From positions 1 through 16,330 of the IMG/VR virus record IMGVR_UViG_2684622620_000010: a stretch of 16,330 nucleotides of DNA, one strand, 5' to 3'. Of the stretch, positions 6,043 to 16,330 are shown piece after piece. Below the pieces are notes generated by a model. It saw nothing but the letters and a program-made list of their open reading frames with translations, searched no databases and was not told the DNA's origin. The position numbers and the translations under genes are program-made. The first letter of the stretch is position 1, and each line of letters begins with the position of its first letter. This DNA is from a virus. Lineage: Duplodnaviria; Heunggongvirae; Uroviricota; Caudoviricetes.

Positions 6043-8265
6043 ATGACCATTTTTAACGGCTTGTTAGAAGCGAAAAAAGGCGCGCTCAAAAACGGCGCGA
6101 TCCCGGCGCTGGCCATCGCCATCGACGCCCCTAACAAAAAAGTTGCCGAGAACATCATCATCGGCAAATTGTGGGAAGCCTACCCTGACCACGGCGACAA
6201 CTATTTCAAACCTAAAATCTGGGAAGATGCCCCGGGCCAACCGCGCCCAGGCGTTGGTGAGTTTGATGAGACGTTCGCCACAGAACACAGTTTTGATGGC
6301 GAAAAATGGGTAGTTAACACCCCCGTTGTAGATAGCGGTTCAGCAGATATCGCACAGGTTAACGACCTGATGAAACTGCCGGCTCGTGAACGATTCGCCG
6401 CCGTTCTGCTGTTCAGCCACGACGCCAACGAAGTCAACAGTGAATTGCTTGCGCAGACGCGTGAATACCTGGAGATGCTCGACAACAGTGATACTGACAG
6501 TGAGGATGAGGTTGACGCGTTTAACCGCATCGTTCTTGATGCCATGGTGGCGTGTAAGCCCATCGAGTACATGCATATTGCTGGATTGAATAATCTGGTA
6601 CATGCAATTTTGGCAAGTTGCGATACCCAGGAACAAAACCCGACCAGTTGGACTATCTCCAAATTTATAAAAAAATGGGTAGAGAATCCCGGTAAACGCG
6701 ATGAAATGCTGCCGGAGGTAAAACCAGAAACAGCATCCGCACGTCCTTACAAACAGACTCACGCTACACTGGATCGTGAAATTGCCTGCGCTCTGTTACC
6801 CGTTGGCCCGGAAAAAATCACCCCCAGCGTCCTGAAAGCGGCAGACGAAATAATCAGCCAGGATCGGGAGGATTTTAAACGCTGGTCAATGGCCTTGCGC
6901 ACAACGGATCAGATCCTTTCCTATGACCGGGCATCCGTATTCGGTGTCGTTCAGAGTGCCCCCGCAAAAGACACGTACCATTTCCCGCAATCCCTGCGCA
7001 GTCACATCGACAACTGGCTGCAAGCTAACGGGCAGCGTGATGCAAATGCTGTTGAAGAGAAGCCAAAGGACGCAGCACCAAAGGGTGATGTAAAAGTCAC
7101 CAACCACGGCGGCGGGCGATTCTCAATCGATGGGATGATGTCAGAACCCCCCTCAAATCAGGGCGAAAAAAGCGAAGCAGCAAATGCTGGAGAGCGTAGT
7201 TTGCAGCAGTTGCGTGAGCAGTTTGTCACGCCCCGCCATGTGTATGGCGTACCAGAAAATAACGCCGTATCACAGCGGGAATCTGTAACTGTTATCCTGG
7301 AAGAAGAGACTCCTCCACAAGAAAAACTTAGCGAGCAGGTAAAAGACCTGGTGCAGAACGTTGACGCTCTGGTTGAGCGGATCCATACCGAGGAAAAAAC
7401 TGCATCAATTCGCATGGAGCATTATCTGTCAGCAATGAATGATGACCAGAGCAAAGCAAATTTGGCTATCTGGAATCGCGTTCAGCGGACCGATCCTGCG
7501 TATGTCACACATAATGATTACGGTGCAGGACTGCACTCCATACGCGCACAATATATTTTGATGCGTGCGACTGAAGTGCTGGGAATGGAAGGCATTGGTT
7601 GGGGAGTTGAAATCAAGGAGGAGCGAGTGGATCGCGGTGTGCCATTACTTGAACCTATACAGGATCAGACAGGGAAAATTATTGGACAAAAACCTGTCAG
7701 GGATGCTGACGGCTCCCTGTTCTGCCTGTCAGTACACACCATCCGGATAGATCTCTGGTACGTCTGGAACGGAGTGAAAGGATTTATTCCGTCATATGGC
7801 CACACGGATTACATATCAAAAAATAACAAAGGGGCACTGGTAATGGAAAAAGAGGCCTCCAAAAAGTCTCTTACTGATGCCACCGTCAAAGCACTATCTC
7901 ATCTGGGATTTGCGGCAGATGTTTATATGGATATGCATAACGATAGTGCCTACACCGCCGAGCTGAATACAGAATACGGTATTAAGAAGGCAAGCGAGAA
8001 AGCAGAGGATGCTACCCGACTGCGTGAAGAACTGGATGAACGACTCTCAGGTGTTGCCAAAACACTGGCTGCAGCCGTAACCCCCAATGAAGTTAATAAA
8101 GTCTATGGCCTTATTGCGCGGGAAGTAGAAGTTCACCGCAAAGCCGCAGAATCCAAAGGTGATAAGGAGTATTCAACTTATCTTGGTTCGCGCCTGCGCC
8201 GTTTGAATGAAATCAAAACCGAACGCCTCGCCGCTCTCGCCGCCGCACAGGAGCAAACAGCATGA
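6043..8265 (+). CDS. Large recombination protein with a C-terminal Rad52/Erf-superfamily annealing domain and an unassigned N-terminal half
   Basis: 740-aa ORF. Residues about 585-625 (YISKNNKGALVMEKEASKKSLTDATVKALSHLGFAAD) resemble the Rad52 N-domain signature ([29 protein letters not shown]). Residues about 335-460 look like a low-complexity linker; the first ~330 aa match nothing I recognise. Start has SD GAGGAAAGACC then ATG. Confidence 0.6.
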   Translation: MTIFNGLLEAKKGALKNGAIPALAIAIDAPNKKVAENIIIGKLWEAYPDHGDNYFKPKIWEDAPGQPRPGVGEFDETFATEHSFDGEKWVVNTPVVDSGSADIAQVNDLMKLPARERFAAVLLFSHDANEVNSELLAQTREYLEMLDNSDTDSEDEVDAFNRIVLDAMVACKPIEYMHIAGLNNLVHAILASCDTQEQNPTSWTISKFIKKWVENPGKRDEMLPEVKPETASARPYKQTHATLDREIACALLPVGPEKITPSVLKAADEIISQDREDFKRWSMALRTTDQILSYDRASVFGVVQSAPAKDTYHFPQSLRSHIDNWLQANGQRDANAVEEKPKDAAPKGDVKVTNHGGGRFSIDGMMSEPPSNQGEKSEAANAGERSLQQLREQFVTPRHVYGVPENNAVSQRESVTVILEEETPPQEKLSEQVKDLVQNVDALVERIHTEEKTASIRMEHYLSAMNDDQSKANLAIWNRVQRTDPAYVTHNDYGAGLHSIRAQYILMRATEVLGMEGIGWGVEIKEERVDRGVPLLEPIQDQTGKIIGQKPVRDADGSLFCLSVHTIRIDLWYVWNGVKGFIPSYGHTDYISKNNKGALVMEKEASKKSLTDATVKALSHLGFAADVYMDMHNDSAYTAELNTEYGIKKASEKAEDATRLREELDERLSGVAKTLAAAVTPNEVNKVYGLIAREVEVHRKAAESKGDKEYSTYLGSRLRRLNEIKTERLAALAAAQEQTA

Positions 8266-8831
8266 GCACCGCTATCGCTATTGCAAAAGAATACGCCAGC
8301 CTGATTGACCTGCTGGAAACCTCCGACGAACTGACGCCAGAGATGATCGCCGACACACTTGAAGGTATGGAAGGAGAACTGGGAGACAAACTGGACGCCA
8401 TGATGGTCATCTGCCGCAATTTACAGGGCAATGCCAGTACCTGCGCTGAAGAAATGTCTCGCCTGGCTACCCGTAAGACGTCCTTTGAAGGCAAGGAAAA
8501 AGCAATTCGGAAGCATATGCTCGCCTGCCTGCAAGCTGCTGGCCTGGATAAACTAAAAACCGCAAAAAACACATTTACTGATGCACAGGGGGCTATCCGG
8601 GTAATTATCGATAGCAAAGATAAGATCCCGGATGAGTATGAAGGCGTGTCACTTGTTGATGTAGAAACGGTTATTACACCAAACAAGCGAGCCATTAAAG
8701 AAGTGATTGAATCTGCGGAGGCGGTTGCCGCCGAAATACTGGCGCGTGGAGAAACACCACCAGCCGAGTTATTAAACCCGGTACCAGGCGCACATCTGGA
8801 ACGCGGCGAACGTTCGCTGAGGGTACGCTAA
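8262..8831 (+). CDS. Siphovirus Gp157-like protein (recombination-module accessory protein)
   Basis: 189-aa acidic coiled-coil protein (EMIADTLEGMEGELGDKLDAMMVICRNL...) resembling the Gp157 family that often follows Erf/Sak genes. ATGA overlap with the upstream gene. Confidence 0.55.
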   Translation: MSTAIAIAKEYASLIDLLETSDELTPEMIADTLEGMEGELGDKLDAMMVICRNLQGNASTCAEEMSRLATRKTSFEGKEKAIRKHMLACLQAAGLDKLKTAKNTFTDAQGAIRVIIDSKDKIPDEYEGVSLVDVETVITPNKRAIKEVIESAEAVAAEILARGETPPAELLNPVPGAHLERGERSLRVR

Positions 8832-9013
8832 TGCTTAAACTCACATTAAAGCGTGGTGACGCGGTTCACCTGGTACTTGCCGATGGTACCAATGGCATTA
8901 TTGAAGCACGGAGTCGCTGCGAACTTGGGCTACACCTGCCAGAAAACATTAAGGTCACGCGGGAGAAATCGGCATTCCCCCCACCAGAACTGATTACGCC
9001 TAATCAGAAATAA
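8831..9013 (+). CDS. CsrA-like small protein (60 aa)
   Basis: An ungapped alignment with E. coli CsrA (61 aa) keeps M1-L2-x-L4-T5, G9, G33-x3-P37 and V42-x-R44-E45, plus conservative hydrophobic matches. Start overlaps the upstream stop (TAATG). Confidence 0.45.
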   Translation: MLKLTLKRGDAVHLVLADGTNGIIEARSRCELGLHLPENIKVTREKSAFPPPELITPNQK

Positions 9014-9062
9014 AAACTCACCATCGCTAGCATTGCGATTCACCAGTAACAGGAGGATCACA

Positions 9063-9257
9063 ATGCTGCGATGGCAACCGGGAGCAACTCTGCTCTCCGC
9101 ATTTGATATCAAAATTGGCCGACTGTCGGCCAGCGTCAGGAAACAGGCCTTGACCGAGTCTGATATTGCCCGTGCCTGCCATGTGGCAGATGACGCAATA
9201 AGCTACATAATGAGGAAAGACCATGAACGATCTGTTAAACGACGAGGAACTGGTTGA
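9063..9257 (+). CDS. Hypothetical small protein (64 aa)
   Basis: ATG at 9063 preceded by AGGAGG with 6-nt spacing; the ORF-track start at 9033 is a TTG. Overlaps the excisionase start by 35 nt in another frame. Confidence 0.4.
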   Translation: MLRWQPGATLLSAFDIKIGRLSASVRKQALTESDIARACHVADDAISYIMRKDHERSVKRRGTG

Positions 9258-9438
9258 ACTGACCGGCTACCAGTTCCCGTCAAAACAATGCGGCGCCCTG
9301 ACCCGTGCCGGGATCTCTTATGTAAAACGCCGCGATGGGCGACCTCGCGTCACATGGACGCATGTAAACGCTGCGCTGTCCGGAGCAAGGTCCGTGCAGA
9401 TTGCCGAAGAAGAACAACCAAATTTTGATGCAATCTGA
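9223..9438 (+). CDS. Excisionase-like protein (DUF4224-type Xis)
   Basis: 71-aa ORF directly upstream of, and TGATG-overlapping, the integrase gene, with the motif ELTGYQFPSKQCGALTRAGISYVKRRDGRPRVTWTHV typical of small phage excisionases. Confidence 0.6.
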   Translation: MNDLLNDEELVELTGYQFPSKQCGALTRAGISYVKRRDGRPRVTWTHVNAALSGARSVQIAEEEQPNFDAI

Positions 9439-10466
9439 TGAGCAGAACACGAAAAAGCGCGGAAGATAATAAGCTGCCACCCCGCGTTTATAAAAACAAA
9501 TACAGCTATTATTTCAAACCAACGCCCCGAGAGTGTATTACGCTGGGTAAAATTAATGATCTGTCAATTGCTCAGGTATGGGTGAAATACGAAGAGATCC
9601 TGAATGATGCTATTGATGTCATGACGTTCAGTAAACTCTGGAACAAATTTCTCAACAGCACCTACTATCTGGAACTCGGTCAGCGTACACAAAAGGATTA
9701 TCTGCAGCACCAGAAGAAATTACTCGCCGCGTTCGGGAAAATGAAAGCCGACAACATAAAACCTGCTCACGTGCGGCTGTATATGGACAAGCGGGGGCTG
9801 AAAAGCAAAACACAGGCGAACCATGAAAAAGCCAGTATGTCGCGAGTATTCCGCTGGGGATACGAACGCGGATACGTAAAAGGGAATCCATGCCAGGGCG
9901 TCAGTAAATTTTCCCTCAAGCCCCGCGACTACTATTTCACGGACGAGGAATATATCGCAATTTATCAGGAGGCATCTCCCGTTTTACAGTGCGCGATGGA
10001 GATCGCCTATCTGTGCGCCACGCGGATCGGCGATATACGAAAGCTGACGTGGGATCAGGTTATGAGTAAGGGTTTGTTTATCCAACAGGGTAAGACTGGC
10101 AAAAAGCAGATCAAACAGTATTCAGAGCGACTGACGTTCGCACTTGAGCAGGCGAAATCGTTGGGAGGACAACATTTCGTGGTCTGTAACAAATATGGCG
10201 GGCAATACAGTTATACCGGATTTAACGATATCTGGCGTAAAGCCAGGGCGGCGGCAAGTGAAAAGCTGGGCTACCCGATTACGGGAACGTTTCACGATTT
10301 AAAAGCGAAGGGGATCTCAGACTACGACGGAAGCAGTAAAGAAAAGCAGTTGTTCTCTGGTCACAAAACTGAGGCGCAGGTGCTGACGTATGATCGCAAA
10401 CCTGCAGTTTCTCCGACTCTGGATATTCCGGTGCTGGATGTCACAGTTCTGAGCAGAAACCCGTGA
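9438..10466 (+). CDS. Tyrosine integrase (lambda Int family)
   Basis: 342-aa ORF with the C-terminal catalytic region TFHDLKAKGISDY...SGHKTEAQVLTYDRK, aligning to lambda Int TFHELRSLSARLY...GHKSDTMASQYRD (from memory). Adjacent to the tRNA-Ser 3' end. Confidence 0.85.
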   Translation: MSRTRKSAEDNKLPPRVYKNKYSYYFKPTPRECITLGKINDLSIAQVWVKYEEILNDAIDVMTFSKLWNKFLNSTYYLELGQRTQKDYLQHQKKLLAAFGKMKADNIKPAHVRLYMDKRGLKSKTQANHEKASMSRVFRWGYERGYVKGNPCQGVSKFSLKPRDYYFTDEEYIAIYQEASPVLQCAMEIAYLCATRIGDIRKLTWDQVMSKGLFIQQGKTGKKQIKQYSERLTFALEQAKSLGGQHFVVCNKYGGQYSYTGFNDIWRKARAAASEKLGYPITGTFHDLKAKGISDYDGSSKEKQLFSGHKTEAQVLTYDRKPAVSPTLDIPVLDVTVLSRNP

Positions 10467-10473
10467 CGGTCTA

Positions 10474-10507
10474 ATTCTAAGTGAATATTCTAAGTCCGTT
10501 CTAACAG
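10474..10507. repeat. Direct repeats ATTCTAAGT / ATTCTAAGT / TTCTAACAG (candidate integrase arm-type sites)
   Basis: Three copies starting at 10474, 10487 and 10499 (12-13 bp spacing) between the int stop and the tRNA-Ser 3' end. Confidence 0.4.
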
Positions 10508-10551
10508 GGGGATCGACGGTGAAAAGTGAGTGACGTAAGTCATTGATAAAG

Positions 10552-10641
10552 TGGCGGAGAGAGGGGGATTTGAACCCCCGGTAGAGTTGCCCCTACTCCG
10601 GTTTTCGAGACCGGTCCGTTCAGCCGCTCCGGCATCTCTCC
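10552..10641 (-). tRNA. serU: tRNA-Ser (anticodon CGA)
   Basis: Reverse complement reads GGAGAGATGCCGGAGCGGCTGAACGGACCGGTCTCGAAAACCGG...GGGGGTTCAAATCCCCCTCTCTCCGCCA: 7-bp acceptor stem, anticodon loop CTCGAAA, long variable arm, T-loop GTTCAAATC, encoded CCA. Confidence 0.9.
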
Positions 10642-10734
10642 GTTCAGATGGTTGCCATGATGCCAGGAAATTTGGCATTTTAACAGTCCCTGTCCGTGCA
10701 ATTTTGTTCAAGTGACGAGTTTGCGAGCAAAACG

Positions 10735-11532
10735 ATGATTAAGTGGCCCTGGAAAGTACAAGAATCAGCACATCAAACTGCCCTTCCCTGGCAGGAAGCA
10801 CTATCGATCCCCCTTTTAACGTGTCTGACGGAACAGGAACAAAGCAAATTAGTCACTCTTGCCGAACGTTTTTTACAGCAAAAGCGGCTTGTTCCTTTAC
10901 AGGGCTTTGAACTGGATTCATTAAGAAGCTGCCGGATAGCACTTCTATTTTGCCTACCCGTTCTGGAGTTAGGACTGGAATGGCTGGATGGTTTTCATGA
11001 AGTCTTAATTTATCCTGCGCCATTTGTGGTCGATGATGAATGGGAAGACGATATCGGTCTGGTGCATAACCAACGTATTGTTCAGTCAGGTCAGAGCTGG
11101 CAGCAAGGGCCTATCGTTTTGAACTGGTTGGATATACAAGATTCTTTTGATGCTTCTGGTTTTAACCTGATTATTCATGAAGTCGCTCATAAGCTGGACA
11201 CCCGTAACGGCGATCGCGCCAGCGGAGTTCCCTTTATTCCGTTGCGTGAGGTTGCTGGCTGGGAACACGATCTTCATGCTGCAATGAACAACATTCAGGA
11301 AGAAATCGAATTGGTTGGCGAGAATGCGGCGAGCATTGATGCTTATGCTGCCAGTGATCCTGCTGAATGTTTTGCCGTACTTTCTGAATATTTCTTTAGC
11401 GCCCCAGAACTTTTTGCTCCTCGTTTCCCTTCATTGTGGCAACGTTTCTGCCAATTTTATCAACAAGATCCTTTGCAGAGACTGCATCGCACTAATGATA
11501 CAGACTCGTTTTCGGCGACGAATGTTCATTAA
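10735..11532 (+). CDS. mtfA: MtfA-like zinc-dependent peptidase (Mlc titration factor A)
   Basis: Begins [14 protein letters not shown]..., has the HEVAHKLD (HExxH) motif and the C-terminal region of MtfA/YeeI. The ORF-track start at 10696 is a GTG and is rejected. Confidence 0.8.
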
Positions 11533-11585
11533 TTAACAACTTTGCAGATTAATTAACCAATTGAAATGACTTATGAAATTTAGTA

Positions 11586-11614
11586 TTGACAGACAAGGTA
11601 CCGCTAAGTAATAT
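11586..11614 (+). promoter_or_regulatory. Sigma70 promoter of the tRNA-Asn gene
   Basis: TTGACA (11586-11591), 17-bp spacer, TAATAT (11609-11614), followed by a GC-rich discriminator TCGCCCC; the tRNA starts about 19 nt downstream. Confidence 0.55.
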
Positions 11615-11632
11615 TCGCCCCGTTCACACGAT

Positions 11633-11708
11633 TCCTCTGTAGTTCAGTCGGTAGAACGGCGGACTGTTAATCCGTATGTCACTGGTTCGAGTCCAGTCAG
11701 AGGAGCCA
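11633..11708 (+). tRNA. tRNA-Asn (anticodon GUU)
   Basis: TCCTCTGTAGTTCAGTCGGTAGAACGGCGGACTGTTAATCCGTATGTCACTGGTTCGAGTCCAGTCAGAGGAGCCA: 76 nt, anticodon loop CTGTTAA, T-loop GGTTCGAGTCC, encoded CCA. Which of the identical asn tRNA gene copies this is cannot be told from the sequence. Confidence 0.92.
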
Positions 11709-11796
11709 AATTCTAAAAATTCGCTTCTTAGCGCAATGTCACTAACCTTAGTTGAACATTGTTTATTAACGGATAGCGGGTTTTTAACATCTTAAG

Positions 11797-11830
11797 CGCC
11801 CTCGACCTTTATGGTTGAGGGCGTTTTGCT
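11797..11830 (+). terminator. Rho-independent terminator downstream of tRNA-Asn
   Basis: CGCCCTCGACC-TTTAT-GGTTGAGGGCG stem-loop (11 bp with one G-U pair) followed by TTTTGCT. Confidence 0.6.
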
Positions 11831-12020
11831 ATGAACGCCATCACCATTTTCCCCTCGATTATAAAACTTGAGTTATTCAGTAGTCTCCCCTCTTGCAACT
11901 CACACCCAAAACTGCCTAACGAAAAGTTATTAATTTTCAATCATATTGCTATCAGGATTTACATTTTTTCGCTGTGCTAGAAAGGGCGCATGTATGTTAG
12001 CTCGTTCAGGGAAGGTAAGC

Positions 12021-15020
<3,000 letters not shown>

Positions 15021-15074
15021 TGAACCGCCCCGGAAATCCTGGAGACTAAACTCCCTGAGAAAGAGGTAAACAGG

Positions 15075-15401
15075 ATGACTAAAAATACTCGTTTTTCCCC
15101 CGAAGTCCGTCAGCGGGCGATTCGTATGGTTCTGGAAAGTCAGGATGAATATGACTCACAGTGGGCGGCAATTTGTTCCATTGCCCCAAAGATTGGCTGT
15201 ACGCCGGAGACTCTGCGTGTCTGGGTTCGCCAGCATGAGCGGGATACCGGGGGCGGTGATGGTGGGCTCACCAGCGCTGAACGTCAGCGTCTGAAAGAGC
15301 TGGAACGTGAAAATCGTGAACTGCGCCGCAGTAACGATATCCTTCGCCAGGCTTCCGCTTATTTTGCGAAGGCGGAGTTCGACCGCCTCTGGAAAAAATG
15401 A
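15075..15401 (+). CDS. IS3-family transposase OrfA (copy B)
   Basis: Identical 108-aa translation to 55-381. Confidence 0.9.
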   Translation: MTKNTRFSPEVRQRAIRMVLESQDEYDSQWAAICSIAPKIGCTPETLRVWVRQHERDTGGGDGGLTSAERQRLKELERENRELRRSNDILRQASAYFAKAEFDRLWKK

Positions 15402-16288
15402 TGCCACTGCTGGATAAGCTGCGTGAGCAGTACGGGGTCGGACCGGTATGCAGCGAACTGCATATTGCCCCGTCAACGTATTACCATTGTCAGCAACAGC
15501 GACATCATCCGGATAAACGCAGTGCCCGTGCGCAGCACGACGACTGGCTGAAGAGAGAGATACAGCGCGTATACGATGAAAATCATCAGGTGTACGGTGT
15601 GCGTAAAGTCTGGCGTCAGTTGTTACGGGAAGGAATCAGGGTGGCCAGATGTACAGTGGCACGTCTCATGGCGGTTATGGGACTTGCCGGTGTTCTCCGG
15701 GGTAAAAAGGTCCGTACGACCATCAGCCGGAAAGCCGTTGCCGCAGGCGACCGCGTAAACCGTCAGTTCGTGGCAGAACGACCTGACCAGCTGTGGGTGG
15801 CTGATTTTACTTACGTCAGCACATGGCAGGGCTTCGTCTATGTGGCGTTTATCATTGATGTGTTTGCCGGATACATCGTGGGGTGGCGGGTCTCATCGTC
15901 TATGGAAACGACATTCGTGCTGGATGCGCTGGAGCAGGCGTTGTGGGCCCGTCGTCCGTCTGGCACCATCCATCACAGCGATAAAGGCTCTCAGTATGTG
16001 TCACTGGCCTATACGGAGCGACTAAAAGAAGCCGGATTACTGGCATCAACAGGGAGTACAGGCGACTCGTATGACAACGCGATGGCTGAGAGCATCAATG
16101 GTCTTTACAAAGCGGAGGTAATACACCGTAAGAGCTGGAAAAACCGTGCAGAAGTGGAACTGGCCACACTAACGTGGGTGGACTGGTATAACAATCGACG
16201 ATTGCTGGGAAGGCTGGGCCATACTCCTCCGGCAGAAGCAGAAAAAGCTTATTATGCTTCCATCGGAAACGATGATCTGGCAGCCTGA
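15398..16288 (+). CDS. IS3-family transposase OrfB (copy B)
   Basis: Identical 296-aa translation to 378-1268. Confidence 0.9.
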   Translation: MMPLLDKLREQYGVGPVCSELHIAPSTYYHCQQQRHHPDKRSARAQHDDWLKREIQRVYDENHQVYGVRKVWRQLLREGIRVARCTVARLMAVMGLAGVLRGKKVRTTISRKAVAAGDRVNRQFVAERPDQLWVADFTYVSTWQGFVYVAFIIDVFAGYIVGWRVSSSMETTFVLDALEQALWARRPSGTIHHSDKGSQYVSLAYTERLKEAGLLASTGSTGDSYDNAMAESINGLYKAEVIHRKSWKNRAEVELATLTWVDWYNNRRLLGRLGHTPPAEAEKAYYASIGNDDLAA

Positions 16289-16330
16289 GTTCACAGATAA
16301 AACACTCTCCAGGAAACCCGGGGCGGTTCA

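Larger units (their letters stand above)
15021..16330 (+). mobile_element. IS3-family insertion sequence (IS629/IS1203-like), complete copy B
   Basis: Begins TGAACCGCCCCGG at 15021 and ends CCGGGGCGGTTCA at 16330, same orientation as copy A. All ORF translations, including antisense ones, are identical to copy A. Confidence 0.93.

Noticed and set aside
6064-7415. Several minus-strand ORFs (6064-6288, 6201-6662, 6340-6762, 6886-7107, 7158-7415)
   Set aside because: All are antisense inside the 740-aa gene, which forms one continuous well-initiated frame; they are typical shadow ORFs.
1311-10551. Second attachment-site copy (repeat of the tRNA-Ser 3' segment) inside the window
   Set aside because: I searched by eye for GGGGGATTTGAACCCCC-like sequence elsewhere and found none; the distal prophage end must lie beyond the left IS or has been deleted.

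Overview
The window is bracketed by two directly oriented 1310-bp IS3-family insertion sequences (IS629/IS1203-like; 1-1310 and 15021-16330) whose encoded proteins are identical. Between them lies the integrase-proximal half of a lambdoid, Rac/CP-933P-like cryptic prophage integrated at the 3' end of tRNA-Ser(CGA), followed by enterobacterial backbone (mtfA, tRNA-Asn, 5' part of the yeeJ adhesin gene). The prophage part comprises a DnaB-like helicase gene cut off by the left IS, an O-like initiator gene with four internal iterons, a YdaT-like/Cro(YdaS)-like/CI-like immunity switch with three 19-bp operator-like palindromes, and a leftward early operon (orf106, a 740-aa Rad52-like annealing protein with a large unassigned N-terminal half, a Gp157-like protein, a CsrA-like 60-aa protein, orf64, excisionase, integrase). 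The most unusual parts are the ~850-bp structured, apparently non-coding leader downstream of the PL-like promoter with no N-like antiterminator gene, the CsrA-like gene, and the oversized annealing protein. yeeJ carries a frameshift in an A-run and is truncated by the right IS. All calls are from reading the sequence and ORF translations; no database search was run.
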